From the NCBI GenBank assembly GCA_965217115.1, contig OZ244239.1, positions 1,632,001 through 1,696,000 on the forward strand: DNA of 64,000 nucleotides. Direction: 5' to 3'. Position 1 is the stretch's first letter, and each line of letters begins with the position of its first letter. This document shows positions 21,139 to 31,869 of the stretch, in pieces. Under the pieces are notes generated by a model, which was given only the letters and a program-made list of their open reading frames with translations, was not told where the DNA came from and ran no database searches. Both the position numbers and the translations under genes were made by a program. The stretch is from Bdellovibrionales bacterium (lineage in GTDB: Bacteria; Bdellovibrionota; Bdellovibrionia; Bdellovibrionales; CAYMLA01).

Positions 21139-22134
21139 ATGTGGACATATATTGCTCGCCGTTTACTTTTAATGATTCCCACGTTTTTTTTAATAACGGC
21201 GATTTCTTTTTTTATTATGCAGCTGGCTCCAGGTGGGCCTTTAGAGGCTAAGCTGCGCAGTGGAGGCGAAGGTGAAAGCTCTGCGGCAATGGTTGTCACC
21301 CAGGAGGCCAAAGAAGCTCTGATGAAGCTCTATGGTTTTGATAAGCCTGTTCATGAGCGTTATTTCAAATGGGTGGGTGATATAGTTACTTTAGATTTTG
21401 GTGAATCTCTCTTTGAATATCGTCCTGTTATAAGTATGATTATCGAAAAATTAGAAGTGGCATTGTTATTTGGAATCACTTCAACGATAGTCTCCTATTT
21501 GGTTTGTATGGTCTTGGGGGTGTTTAAGGCGATCTATCGCGATACGGTTTTTGATCGTATTACGACCATGATTACGTTTGGAACTTACTCAGTGCCTGTG
21601 GTGGTCACTGCTATCGCGTTGATTATTGTATTTTCAGTGAAGTTAGATTTGCTGCCAGTGATTGGTCTTCATGGTGATGATTATGAAGATTTAGACACTT
21701 GGAGTTATTTGGTGGATCTAGCAAAGCACTTTGTTTTGCCTTTTGTGTGTTACGTGATTGGTAACTTTGCGTTCTTAACTGAGTTGCAGAAAAAATCTAT
21801 GCTGGAAGAATTAAACAAGGATTACATTCGCACAGCTCGGGCAAAGGGACTCTCTGAAAAAGTTATTTACTTTAAACATGCCTTTCGCAATGCCTTGATT
21901 CCTATTGTGACAAGTTTGCGAAATATTATGGTGGCTTTTTTAGGAGGGTCGTTCATTGTTGAAATGATTTTTACTATTCCAGGGCTGGGGTATTTGGGGT
22001 TTAATGCTCTATTGAATCGAGATTACCCTGTGATTATGGCTAATTTAACAATCACGGCTATTTTAGGAATGATCTCCATGCTTTTAACAGATATTTTGTA
22101 CACGGTTGTGGATCCACGTATTGATTTCGACTAA
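21139..22134 (+). CDS. Peptide ABC transporter permease (OppB/DppB-like)
   Basis: YIARRLL, DYIRTARAKGL, KHAFRNALIP, DPRI. Confidence 0.92.
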   Translation: MWTYIARRLLLMIPTFFLITAISFFIMQLAPGGPLEAKLRSGGEGESSAAMVVTQEAKEALMKLYGFDKPVHERYFKWVGDIVTLDFGESLFEYRPVISMIIEKLEVALLFGITSTIVSYLVCMVLGVFKAIYRDTVFDRITTMITFGTYSVPVVVTAIALIIVFSVKLDLLPVIGLHGDDYEDLDTWSYLVDLAKHFVLPFVCYVIGNFAFLTELQKKSMLEELNKDYIRTARAKGLSEKVIYFKHAFRNALIPIVTSLRNIMVAFLGGSFIVEMIFTIPGLGYLGFNALLNRDYPVIMANLTITAILGMISMLLTDILYTVVDPRIDFD

Positions 22135-22147
22135 AGGATAAAGAGAG

Positions 22148-23257
22148 TTGAGACATAAAAAGAAAAGTGAATTTTGGAAACGTTTTAATCGCAATAAACC
22201 TGCGAAGATTTCTTTTTATATTTTTACTGTCATTTTATTAATATCTCTTTTTGCAAATCTTGTTTCTAATGACAGGCCTTTATTAATGTCATATGGGGGG
22301 AATTTGTATTTTCCTGCAGCGATTAAGTATTTACCTAAAGACTTTGGTGAAGAGGGGTTTGTCGTGGATTACTTTGCCATGCATGACAAAATCGCCAAAA
22401 ACGGTTGGGCTATTTGGCCTCCAATTAAACAAAAACCTTTTGAGCAAAACTTAAATTTTGAAAGACTCCCCGCGCGCCCAGGTTCATCGTCTGTTGTTTC
22501 CAAAACAAGTGACTATGAAGGCTATAAGGTCTTTCATATATTGGGAACAGATACGGGGGGAAGGGATTTATTAACTCGCTTGATTTATGGATGCCGTACC
22601 TCTTTGCTAATGGCAACGCTTATTACATTGATTTCTCTCTTGCTTGGAGTGTTTTTAGGGGCGTTGATGGGGTATCGTGGAGGTGTTTTTGACCTTGTTA
22701 TAGGGCGGGTTTTAGAGACGATAGGTTATTTTCCAGTGATCTTTTTAATGATTATCTTAGTGGCATTTATCGAAGACCCCAGCAATTCTTATATTATAGG
22801 GATTTTTTCAATTTTAGGTTTGTCGCCGTTTGCTTTTTATATGCGAGGGCAAGTTCTTAAGGTTAGAAAAATGACATACATTGAAGCGGCCCATGCTTTG
22901 GGACAGAGTGATTTTAAAATTATGTTTAGTCATATTTTACCAAATGCCATAAGCCCTATTTTGGTTTTAGTTCCTTTTACAATCACGGGAAATATTACGG
23001 CTTTGGCGACAATTGATTTCTTAGGTTTTGGAGTGCAACCTCCAACGTCAAGTCTCGGATTGATTTTACGTTCGGGCTATGATGATTTAGCAAATCGTTG
23101 GTGGTTAATAGCCTCATCCTCAGTCGTGTTAGTTGTGATTCTTTTGTTGGTAAATTTTATCGGTGAGGGAGCAAGAGATGGTGTTGATCCTAGGGCTAAT
23201 ATCACGGAAAAAGTTATTGATGATCTGGAAAAGAAAGAAAGGTTAGCCCATGCATAA
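22148..23257 (+). CDS. Peptide ABC transporter permease (OppC/DppC-like)
   Basis: LGTDTGGRD, YIEAAHALG, HILPN, GEGARDGVDP. Confidence 0.92.
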   Translation: MRHKKKSEFWKRFNRNKPAKISFYIFTVILLISLFANLVSNDRPLLMSYGGNLYFPAAIKYLPKDFGEEGFVVDYFAMHDKIAKNGWAIWPPIKQKPFEQNLNFERLPARPGSSSVVSKTSDYEGYKVFHILGTDTGGRDLLTRLIYGCRTSLLMATLITLISLLLGVFLGALMGYRGGVFDLVIGRVLETIGYFPVIFLMIILVAFIEDPSNSYIIGIFSILGLSPFAFYMRGQVLKVRKMTYIEAAHALGQSDFKIMFSHILPNAISPILVLVPFTITGNITALATIDFLGFGVQPPTSSLGLILRSGYDDLANRWWLIASSSVVLVVILLLVNFIGEGARDGVDPRANITEKVIDDLEKKERLAHA

Positions 23258-23322
23258 GGACCATTTATCATCTCAGAAGATGGTGTTGAATTGCTGTAAG
23301 TTATTGAAATTGGATTTTGTGT

Positions 23323-24315
23323 ATGAGTGAGAAAATTTTAGAGATTAAAAATTTAGAGACAGTTTTTTACACCGAAAAGGGCATTGTTCGTGCTGTCGAT
23401 GGAGTGTCTTTTGATGTTAAACCAGGAAAAACTCTAGGTATCGTTGGTGAATCAGGCTGTGGAAAATCAGTGACATCTCTATCGATTATGGGTTTAGTGA
23501 TGCCTCCAGCGGGTAAAATCCGTGGTGGAGAAATTTTATTCCATGGTACAAATGAGACTAACCAGAATAGCACAAAGGATTTGTTAAAATTTTCTCAGGA
23601 TGAAATGCGCAATGTGCGTGGAAAAGATATCTCTATGATTTTTCAAGAGCCGATGACCTCTTTGAATCCTGTTTACAGAGTAGGGGATCAAATATCTGAA
23701 GTGTTTATTCTTCATTATGGAGCTACGAAAAAAGAGGCATGGGATCGTTCAATAGAAATGCTACAAAAGGTGGGAATTCCATCGCCTGAGGAAAGAGTAA
23801 ATGATTACCCCCACTCTCTTTCGGGAGGGATGAGACAACGGGTGATGATTGCAATGGCTCTTGCTTGTCGTCCAAAAATTTTGATTTGTGATGAGCCGAC
23901 AACAGCCTTAGACGTAACGATTCAGGCACAAATATTAGACTTAATGAGAAAACTTCAAGAAGAAGAGGACATGGCTATAATTTTTATTAGTCATGATTTA
24001 GGAGTGATTGCCGATCTTTGCGATGATGTGATGGTGATGTATTCGGGTAAAACGGTAGAATTTTCAGAGACAAAGAGCTTATATCGAAACCCTAGTCATC
24101 CGTACACAAAGGCTTTGTTGCAATCGATTCCTCGTTTGGGACAGAACCCTGATGAAGAGTTGAGGACAATACCTGGCTTGGTTCCGAGCTTATTGGAGCT
24201 TCCACGGGGTTGTCATTTTGCCGATCGCTGCTCCTATGTTAAGAGTGAGTGTCGTCAGGAATTACCACCTTTGAGAAAGAAAGATGATGGACATTTGGTG
24301 AGATGTATTTTGTGA
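23323..24315 (+). CDS. Peptide ABC transporter ATP-binding protein (OppD-like)
   Basis: [25 protein letters not shown]-terminal Cys cluster. Confidence 0.93.
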   Translation: MSEKILEIKNLETVFYTEKGIVRAVDGVSFDVKPGKTLGIVGESGCGKSVTSLSIMGLVMPPAGKIRGGEILFHGTNETNQNSTKDLLKFSQDEMRNVRGKDISMIFQEPMTSLNPVYRVGDQISEVFILHYGATKKEAWDRSIEMLQKVGIPSPEERVNDYPHSLSGGMRQRVMIAMALACRPKILICDEPTTALDVTIQAQILDLMRKLQEEEDMAIIFISHDLGVIADLCDDVMVMYSGKTVEFSETKSLYRNPSHPYTKALLQSIPRLGQNPDEELRTIPGLVPSLLELPRGCHFADRCSYVKSECRQELPPLRKKDDGHLVRCIL

Positions 24316-24345
24316 ACATAAATAAAATAAAATGAGATAAAAATT

Positions 24346-25326
24346 ATGAGTCAATTCTTGTTAGAAGTAAAAAATTTAAAAAAGCACTTTCCTATTAAGG
24401 GAGGGATTTTTATGCGTGAAGTGGCAAATGTTCACGCTGTAGATGGCATCTCTTTTTCTCTGCGTAAAGGGGAGACCCTAGGTGTGGTTGGAGAGTCTGG
24501 CTGTGGTAAGTCCACTTTAGGAAAGACATTGTTAAAGCTTCATAGCATTACCGAGGGGGAAGTTTTTTTTGAAGGCAAAAATATAACAGAGCTTTCAAGA
24601 GATGAAATACGCCCCTTAAGAGGTGATATGCAAATTATTTTTCAAGATCCTTTTTTTTCGTTAAACCCTCGTCACACGATCCAACAAATTATGTTAGAGC
24701 CTTTAGGAATTCATGGTATTGGAAATGATGAAAATGAGAAAATTAAAATAGCTAGTGAGATTTTAGAAACATGTGGCCTGCGTGCGGAAACGTCATTAGA
24801 TCGTTATCCCCATGAATTTTCGGGCGGGCAGAGGCAGAGGATAGGAATTGCTCGCGCATTGGTTTTAAATCCTAAATTAATTATTGCTGATGAGCCAGTT
24901 TCGGCTTTAGATGTTTCAGTTCAATCGCAAATTTTGAATCTTCTTAAGAAATTACAAAAAGACTTTGATTTAACGTATATATTTATTTCCCATGATTTGG
25001 CGGTGGTTCAGTATATAAGCTCCCATATATTGGTGATGTACTTGGGGCAGGTGGTGGAATATACAGACAGAGAGAGCTTGTATAAAAACACGATGCATCC
25101 CTATACCAAGGCTCTTGTGTCGGCGATTCCCGTGCCTGATCCTGAAGCTAATATTGAGCGCATTGTGCTTGAGGGGGATGTCCCAAGTCCTATTGATCCC
25201 CCGAATGGTTGTCGATTTCATCCTCGTTGCCCTCAAGCGATGGAGCTGTGTAAAAGTAAGGTTCCTGAGTTGAGGGATTTTGGGGGTGGGGATGGGTTTC
25301 AGTGGGTTGCATGTCATTTGTATTGA
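24346..25326 (+). CDS. Peptide ABC transporter ATP-binding protein (OppF-like)
   Basis: [37 protein letters not shown]. Confidence 0.93.
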   Translation: MSQFLLEVKNLKKHFPIKGGIFMREVANVHAVDGISFSLRKGETLGVVGESGCGKSTLGKTLLKLHSITEGEVFFEGKNITELSRDEIRPLRGDMQIIFQDPFFSLNPRHTIQQIMLEPLGIHGIGNDENEKIKIASEILETCGLRAETSLDRYPHEFSGGQRQRIGIARALVLNPKLIIADEPVSALDVSVQSQILNLLKKLQKDFDLTYIFISHDLAVVQYISSHILVMYLGQVVEYTDRESLYKNTMHPYTKALVSAIPVPDPEANIERIVLEGDVPSPIDPPNGCRFHPRCPQAMELCKSKVPELRDFGGGDGFQWVACHLY

Positions 25327-25337
25327 TTTTGGCAAGG

Positions 25338-25464
25338 GGCTGAGCTTTTTAAGCCGCCTTCTATTATTTATCTCAGACATGCGGTTGGCAGCAGTGCTCG
25401 CTCTGCGAGCACTGCACCAATCCGAACTCGATAAAGAATAGAAGGCGGCTTAAAAAGCTCAGCC
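25338..25464 (-). repeat. Long palindromic hairpin element, copy A
   Basis: Perfect 28-bp inverted repeat 25338-25365/25437-25464 enclosing TTTATC/GATAAA, the conserved core and an 11-bp inner hairpin (25391-25401/25405-25415). Confidence 0.9.
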
Positions 25465-25761
25465 TTGAAATCTTCACTTGGCTGGGAACAGCGGGGAGGG
25501 AGATAGAGGGACGGCTTAAAAGGCTCAGCCTTGAAATCTTCACTTGGCTGGGAACAGCGGGGAGGGAGATAGAGGGACGGCTTAAAAGGCTCAGCCTTGA
25601 AATCTTCACTTGGCTGGGAACAGCGGGGAGGGAGATAGAGGGACGGCTTAAAAAGCTCAGCCTTGAAATCTTCACTTGGCTGGGAACAGCGGGGAGGGAG
25701 ATAGAGGGACGGCTTAAAAGGCTCAGCCTTGAAATCTTCACTTGGCTGGGAACAGCGGGGA
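25446..25761. repeat. Tandem repeat, 66-bp unit, about 4.8 copies
   Basis: Units start at 25446, 25512, 25578, 25644, 25710; identical except one A/G position. Confidence 0.95.
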
Positions 25762-25819
25762 ACAGTGGGGATAATGGGGGGGGGCTTTGAAATCCACTGG
25801 CGGGGAACAGGGGGGGGTT

Positions 25820-26560
25820 ATGGGTGATAGTGGGGTGAAGAGGCAGGCGGTGGCGACGGTTTACTTGATTGTGTTTTTTTTGCTTCTTCCTATAATGGTG
25901 GTGTCATTTTATTTTGCTCATCTTGCTGATAACGAAGCGAGCGATTTTTCAAATTCTCCAAATTTTAGTTCATCGCCCCATCGTCATGGTGAGCGTTATA
26001 GGTTGAGGGGTGAGGTGGATTATACATCTGTAAAGTTTCCTGTGAAGTTTCTAAAAAACCTTCCATTGAAGCTTTCTGTGGAAAATGAAAAGATATATAA
26101 AATCAAAGATGCCATTTCTTATAAAGTAGTGAAGCAAGTGTTTAAAAATAATCAATGGCAGAGAGATTGTAGTTTTTCACAGGACTGTTTTCTGAAAAAA
26201 GTGAAAGAACTAAGAGTGATTGAAGGGCAAAAAGAAAAAGCGATTACAATTGTCGTTACGCCAGGGACAAAATTTCGTGTGTCTATTAATGAGATTTTTA
26301 GAAAAATAGATGAGAAAACTCGTTGGTGGATACGTTATAAGAGTCTTCCTAAAAAAATAGAGATTTGGGGAACCTACGAGCATGGTTATCTCTCCGATGG
26401 CTTACTTGACAGGCTCTATGTTTTTCCTCAAAAGGATTTGGACGAATTCAAACGCAGTCTGATTATCAAGGGAGCAAGAAAATCTCAGTGGCTTAATAGC
26501 ATAGGGGTGTTTTTGTTGTTTCTTATGTCGATGAGCTTATATTTTAGTTTGAAAAAATAA
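25820..26560 (+). CDS. Hypothetical membrane protein (N- and C-terminal TM helices)
   Basis: About 246-aa ORF with hydrophobic segments at both ends; start uncertain. Confidence 0.65.
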   Translation: MGDSGVKRQAVATVYLIVFFLLLPIMVVSFYFAHLADNEASDFSNSPNFSSSPHRHGERYRLRGEVDYTSVKFPVKFLKNLPLKLSVENEKIYKIKDAISYKVVKQVFKNNQWQRDCSFSQDCFLKKVKELRVIEGQKEKAITIVVTPGTKFRVSINEIFRKIDEKTRWWIRYKSLPKKIEIWGTYEHGYLSDGLLDRLYVFPQKDLDEFKRSLIIKGARKSQWLNSIGVFLLFLMSMSLYFSLKK

Positions 26561-26604
26561 AGGTCATCAAGTGGCGATAGTTTTAGGAACGAGGTTTTTT
26601 TTAT

Positions 26605-27969
26605 TTAGATCTTAACTTGAGGGTGAGGCGGGCGGAGGCCTTTCTTTTTTATTTTTTCAATCAAGGTTGTACGATTGAGTTTGAGTATGATGGCAGCTTG
26701 ATTGCGATTCCAGCCTGTTTTTTCCAAAGCAGATAGGATGAGAGCGTTCTCGTACTTGTCCACAGCAGAGTTAAAATCGAGACCTGAATCAGGAATGGAG
26801 AGATGTTTTTCTGTGGAAGTGATATTTTTTTGATACTTTTCTGGAAGATCTGAGACTTGAACCTCGCCGCTTCCCTTTAAAATAGCAAGGCGTTCTACTA
26901 AGTTCTCTAGTTCACGAATATTACCAGGCCACTTGTACTCGAAAAGAACTCTGAGAGCCCCATCAGAGAACCCTGTAAGTTCACTTGATTTCATCTGATT
27001 AAACTTCTTCATAAAATGATGGAGAAGTAATGGAATATCTGCTCCCCTCTCTCTGAGTGCAGGAGTCTTGATGGGAATAACATTGAGTCGATAATAGAGA
27101 TCTTCGCGAAAACGTCCTTCAGCGACGGCCTTTTCTAGATCAATGTTCGTTGCAGTAATAATGTGTACGTTGACTTGAATTGTTTTGGTACTTCCTACAG
27201 GTTCAAACTCTTGTTCTTGCAAAAATCTTAGAAGTTTTACTTGTAGGGCAGGAGACATATCACCGACTTCATCGAGAAAAATAGTTCCTTGATGGGCCAT
27301 TTCAAAACGTCCAAGGCGATTGGCAATGGCTCCAGTAAAGGCGCCTTTGATGTGGCCAAATAACTCGCTCTCCAGAAGTTCGTTGGGAATAGCTCCGCAG
27401 TTGACAGGGACGAAGGGTTTTCTAGCTCTAGGGGAGCTATAATGAATAGCTTTAGCGATAAGCTCCTTACCAGTGCCACTTTCTCCAGTGATGAGAGTGG
27501 TGGAGTTTGAAGTAGAAACGCGTTCGACGAGATTAAGGACTTTTTTAAGTTCAGGATGTTTTCCAATGATACTGTTGAATTGATATTCTTTACTGAACTT
27601 AAGCGATTCTTCTGAGGTACAGCTTGCAATGATCGATAGAAAAACCTCAGTATTGAAGGGCTTAGCGATGAAATGTGAAATTCCAGATTGAGAGGCAGCG
27701 ACGGCTAAGTTAATATTTTCTTGATTGCTCAGAGCAATGATCTGTGTTTGTGGGTTTTGTTTCTTAGTGTTTTTAATAAATTCAAGACTTTCAGGAATTT
27801 CGAGGTCAATGATAGCTAGATGAAAAAAAGGGCAGGAAGATTGTAAAGAGCGAGCTTCTTGCAGGCTAGAGACTGTTATAACTTGGTAGTTTTCTTTGCT
27901 TAGAATACGAGACAAAGACGAACGCACGCTGGATTGTTGATCAAGAATAAGAACTCTTTGAGAATTCAT
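26605..27969 (-). CDS. Sigma-54-dependent response regulator (receiver-AAA+-HTH, NtrC/FleQ-like)
   Basis: GESGTGKE, GAFTGA, FLDEVGD, WPGNIREL, C-terminal HTH; receiver-like N-terminus. Confidence 0.92.
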   Translation of the reverse strand: MNSQRVLILDQQSSVRSSLSRILSKENYQVITVSSLQEARSLQSSCPFFHLAIIDLEIPESLEFIKNTKKQNPQTQIIALSNQENINLAVAASQSGISHFIAKPFNTEVFLSIIASCTSEESLKFSKEYQFNSIIGKHPELKKVLNLVERVSTSNSTTLITGESGTGKELIAKAIHYSSPRARKPFVPVNCGAIPNELLESELFGHIKGAFTGAIANRLGRFEMAHQGTIFLDEVGDMSPALQVKLLRFLQEQEFEPVGSTKTIQVNVHIITATNIDLEKAVAEGRFREDLYYRLNVIPIKTPALRERGADIPLLLHHFMKKFNQMKSSELTGFSDGALRVLFEYKWPGNIRELENLVERLAILKGSGEVQVSDLPEKYQKNITSTEKHLSIPDSGLDFNSAVDKYENALILSALEKTGWNRNQAAIILKLNRTTLIEKIKKKGLRPPHPQVKI

Positions 27970-28205
27970 AAGTACGTTCCTTTATGAAAATTTCTCTCTA
28001 GTCTTTTAATGTATCCAAAGTGGTTTTTTGTGTCAAAAATCAATGTCAATTTTTTGGCTTTTGCTTGAAGAAACTAGACGAAAACGTAAAGGCATTTGTT
28101 GTTTTAGATCATAGTCCAGGAGGGGTTTTCTCGACGAAGGGCGAAAAATGAGAGTGATCTTCCCAGGGGTTTAACCTTGACCTTTTTTAATCAAAGGAGT
28201 ACTCA

Positions 28206-29594
28206 ATGCCTATGAAGAAAAGACGTTTATCCTCTATTGTTCTGGCTGCAGGTCAGGGAACCAGAATGAAGTCACAGATCCCAAAGGTTTTACATCCTGT
28301 TGCAGGTCGTCCTATGATATCCCATCTTCTTGGGCAGTTGAAAAAGAGCCAAGTTGATGAAATCCGATTAGTCGTTGGCCATGGTGCGGAGGCTTTGGAA
28401 AAAGTCGTTCTCTCCCAAGGAGTGATCTGCTTTAAGCAGAAGAGTCAGAGAGGAACAGCGGATGCTGTTAAATCGGCTGATTTAGAGACCTTGGAAGGAG
28501 ATGTTCTTATTGTTAACGGAGATCATCCTTTAATCACATCTGATGATGTCAAAGATTTTGTACAGAGTTTTCGTAGTGAAGGGGCTGATCTGGCTGTCGT
28601 GATGGTTCATCTAGATTCTCCAAGAGATTTTGGTCGTATTATACGTCAAGGAAACTTGGTGAGAGCAATTGTAGAAGCAAAGGATGCGTCTTCGGAGACG
28701 TTGAAAATCAAAGAAGTGAATACGGGTATTTATATTGTTAGGGCAGAGGTTTTGTCTGAATTAATCAATGGAGTTAAAAATCAAAATGCTCAATCTGAGT
28801 ATTATCTGACTGATCTCGTAGAATTGGCCAATGAACGTAATATGAATGTTATAGGTATCCAAGGTAAGAAGACTGTGGCGCGCGGAGTGAACAATCAATT
28901 GGATTTGGCTAAGGCCACTCGAGTGTTGTACCGGCGTAAGGCAAAGGAGCTTTTAGAGAGCGGAGTTATTCTTGTAGATCCATTGAATACTTATATTGAA
29001 TCAACAGTTAAAGTCGGGAGCACCACTGTTATTCAGCCTGGTGTTCATTTGCGAGGAAATACGAAAATTGGTGAAGCCTGTGTGATAGAACCAAATGTTT
29101 ATATTCAAGATAGTGAAATTAGCCATGGAGTGCATATTCGTGCGGGTTCTTATTTAGAGGGGGTATTCATAGATATGTCAGCAGTTGTTGGCCCCTATGC
29201 TCGCTTACGTCCAGGAACAAGTATTGGTGAGAATGCCCATGTGGGCAATTTTGTTGAAATGAAAAAAGTTTCTTTTGGCAAAGATTCGAAGGCAGGGCAT
29301 TTGACCTACCTTGGAGATGCTGAAATTGGCGAGGGTGTTAATATCGGTTGTGGAACAATCACATGCAACTATGCCCCTGATCGTAAAAAATATAGGACGA
29401 AGATTGGTGATGGAGCCTTCATTGGTAGTGACACGCAATTTATCGCTCCAGTAGAAGTCAAAAAAGGAGCGATCATTGCTTCAGGTTCGACAATCACTAA
29501 AGATGTACCTGAAGGCTCTTTGGCAGTCGCTCGTGGGCGGCAAAAAAACATTGAAAACTATGCTGATCGTTTAGGCGAGAAAAAGAAAGATTAG
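28206..29594 (+). CDS. glmU: Bifunctional UDP-GlcNAc pyrophosphorylase/glucosamine-1-P acetyltransferase
   Basis: LAAGQGTRMKS, EYYLTD, GNFVEMKK, HLTYLGDA, hexapeptide repeats. Confidence 0.97.
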   Translation: MPMKKRRLSSIVLAAGQGTRMKSQIPKVLHPVAGRPMISHLLGQLKKSQVDEIRLVVGHGAEALEKVVLSQGVICFKQKSQRGTADAVKSADLETLEGDVLIVNGDHPLITSDDVKDFVQSFRSEGADLAVVMVHLDSPRDFGRIIRQGNLVRAIVEAKDASSETLKIKEVNTGIYIVRAEVLSELINGVKNQNAQSEYYLTDLVELANERNMNVIGIQGKKTVARGVNNQLDLAKATRVLYRRKAKELLESGVILVDPLNTYIESTVKVGSTTVIQPGVHLRGNTKIGEACVIEPNVYIQDSEISHGVHIRAGSYLEGVFIDMSAVVGPYARLRPGTSIGENAHVGNFVEMKKVSFGKDSKAGHLTYLGDAEIGEGVNIGCGTITCNYAPDRKKYRTKIGDGAFIGSDTQFIAPVEVKKGAIIASGSTITKDVPEGSLAVARGRQKNIENYADRLGEKKKD

Positions 29595-29606
29595 AGGAAA
29601 AAAGCC

Positions 29607-31454
29607 ATGTGCGGTATAGTCGGATATATAGGTGCCCAGTCTCCTAAGAAAATAATTCTAGATGGATTAAAAAAATTAGAATATCGAGGCTATGACAGTG
29701 CTGGATTGGCAGTGTTTGATCACGGGAAATTAGTTAGGGTGAGGGCCGAGGGAAAACTTGTTCATCTGGAGAATAAGGTCAGTGATAGAGAGTTCTCTGG
29801 GAATCTAGGTATTGGACATACTCGCTGGGCGACCCATGGTGTTCCTTCGGAGAGAAACGCCCATCCCCATCAAGTAGATAAAGTTTGTATTGTTCATAAT
29901 GGCATTATAGAGAATTATAATTATATACGAGAAGAATTACAGTCACTCGGAGTGCAATTTCAATCAGAAACTGATTCCGAATTGGTGGCCCATCTTATTG
30001 CTCGGGAAATTAAAAAAGAAAAGGACATTTATAAATCTATTCGCAATATCATTCCGCAATTAGAGGGGGCTTTCTCTGTTCTAGCTATTTGGGAAGATGA
30101 ACCAAATAAAATGATTGCATTTAAAAATGGTCCTCCATTGATTGTGGGAAAGGGCGATAGGGAGTTCGTTATTGCCAGCGATGTACAGGCGATTATTTCT
30201 TACACCAAAGAGGTGATTTATTTAGAAGATCATGAAGTGGCGGTTATTGACAGTGAAGATTCATTAACTGTTTATTCGGCGAACGGTGTTGTTATTGAGA
30301 AGGAGTCATGTTTTTTAGATTGGAGTGCTGATCTAGTGGAAAACCAAGGTTATGCTCATTTCATGTTGAAGGAAATCTACGAGCAACCAAGGGCTTTTGC
30401 TTCTTCCTTAGAGCCTCATATTGATCTAAAAAGCATGAGTGTCCGTTTGCATCGAGATCAGGTTAAAGATGCCCAATTAACAGATCAACAATTATCAGAA
30501 GTGAAGAGGGTGTTGATCATAGCCTGCGGAACAAGTTTTTATGCGGGGATGTATGGTAAATATTTATTAGAAAAGTGGGCGCGTTTACCAGTAGAAGTCG
30601 ATATAGCCAGTGAGTTTCGTTATCGTGAACCGATTATTGAAAAACACACACTGGTTATCACCGTTTCACAAAGTGGGGAAACGGCGGATACTTTGGCTGT
30701 ATTAAGACAGGTTAAGAAGTTAGGAGCGAAGGTTCTAAGTATTTGCAACGTAGAGAATTCAACAATTGATCGAGAAGCCGATGGGCATCTTTATCTAAAC
30801 GCAGGCCCGGAGATTGGTGTGGCCTCAACAAAAGCTTTTATTAGTATGTTGGCAATTCTAAATGTGTTTTCTATCTTTATGGGACGTTTAAGAGATAATT
30901 TATCACTTGATGAAGAAAAACAAATTGTTAAAGATATTCTCTCGGTCCCTTCAAAAATGGAAGGCGTGTTGTCTTATGATAGTTTCTTTGCCGAGGCATC
31001 AAAAACTTTAAGAGAATTTCGAGGATTTCTCTATATGGGAAGAGGAGTCAATTTTCCTATTTCTATGGAGGGAGCCTTAAAGCTCAAAGAGCTGGCATAC
31101 ATGCATGCAGAAGGATATGCCGCTGGAGAAATGAAACACGGTCCTTTGGCATTGGTTGATGATCGTATGGCAGTGGTGATGACAGTTCCTGATGACGGTC
31201 TCTATGAAAAAACAATGAGTAATTTAGAGGAAGTCCGAGCGCGTGGGGGGCGGATCATAGCCATTGGCTCTGGAGAAAATAAAAGATTACAGGAGATCAG
31301 TGAACATTATCTGTCCCTACCCAAATCATCTTGGAATGTAAACCCTATTTTAGCAGTTATTCCTATGCAACTAATGGCCTATCACTTAGCAAATTCTCTA
31401 GGATTGGACGTAGACCAACCAAGAAATCTAGCAAAATCTGTCACAGTAGAATGA
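29607..31454 (+). CDS. glmS: Glutamine--fructose-6-phosphate aminotransferase
   Basis: MCGIVG, LEYRGYDSAG, GHTRWATHG, SQSGETADT, PRNLAKSVTVE. Confidence 0.98.
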   Translation: MCGIVGYIGAQSPKKIILDGLKKLEYRGYDSAGLAVFDHGKLVRVRAEGKLVHLENKVSDREFSGNLGIGHTRWATHGVPSERNAHPHQVDKVCIVHNGIIENYNYIREELQSLGVQFQSETDSELVAHLIAREIKKEKDIYKSIRNIIPQLEGAFSVLAIWEDEPNKMIAFKNGPPLIVGKGDREFVIASDVQAIISYTKEVIYLEDHEVAVIDSEDSLTVYSANGVVIEKESCFLDWSADLVENQGYAHFMLKEIYEQPRAFASSLEPHIDLKSMSVRLHRDQVKDAQLTDQQLSEVKRVLIIACGTSFYAGMYGKYLLEKWARLPVEVDIASEFRYREPIIEKHTLVITVSQSGETADTLAVLRQVKKLGAKVLSICNVENSTIDREADGHLYLNAGPEIGVASTKAFISMLAILNVFSIFMGRLRDNLSLDEEKQIVKDILSVPSKMEGVLSYDSFFAEASKTLREFRGFLYMGRGVNFPISMEGALKLKELAYMHAEGYAAGEMKHGPLALVDDRMAVVMTVPDDGLYEKTMSNLEEVRARGGRIIAIGSGENKRLQEISEHYLSLPKSSWNVNPILAVIPMQLMAYHLANSLGLDVDQPRNLAKSVTVE

Positions 31455-31760
31455 GAAGAAGGTTATTTTTCTATAAAGTGCAGGAATTCATCATAGAAAA
31501 CATCTATGAAAATTAAACAAATTACAGCGCGTACAAGTTTTGCACACAACCCCCCATTAAACTAAAAATAGACCTAGAAAAAGAATTAAAGATTTTTTTA
31601 TACACTGCTCAATAGGGGTAGAAGGATGTCTACTTAAATAATTTTAAGGTGTTAGGTCTTGGTGTGGTTTACATGAAACATAAACTAATAAAACATACAT
31701 GTTATTAATTTTAGAAATTTAGTTTTTCATACCCACTTAATAGATTTTTAAAAGGAGAGC

Positions 31761-31803
31761 TTAAAGCAAAAAGGACTATTTTAAATAGTCCTTTTTGCTT
31801 TAA
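31761..31803. terminator. 21-bp perfect inverted repeat, likely bidirectional terminator
   Basis: TTAAAGCAAAAAGGACTATTT-T-AAATAGTCCTTTTTGCTTTAA between convergent glmS and 31870-32262. Confidence 0.7.
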
Positions 31804-31869
31804 TGAAATTTTATTGTCTTTGTGTGTAAAGCTTAGTTACAAACCTAGTGTTTTAGATGTAAGTAGATC

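Noticed and set aside
25338..25464. Hairpin elements as integron attC sites, retron msr-msd, tRNA or simple terminators
   Set aside because: There are no RYYYAAC/GTTRRRY boxes, no RT or integron integrase, and no cloverleaf. A terminator would not explain the conserved internal loop, although copy A may also terminate the opp operon.
25373..25741. 122-aa repeat ORF as a gene
   Set aside because: It is a by-product of a stop-free 66-bp repeat with no SD; kept only as a weak hypothesis in findings.
25446..25761. CRISPR array
   Set aside because: Units are near-identical over the full 66 bp with no unique spacers, and there are no cas genes in the window.
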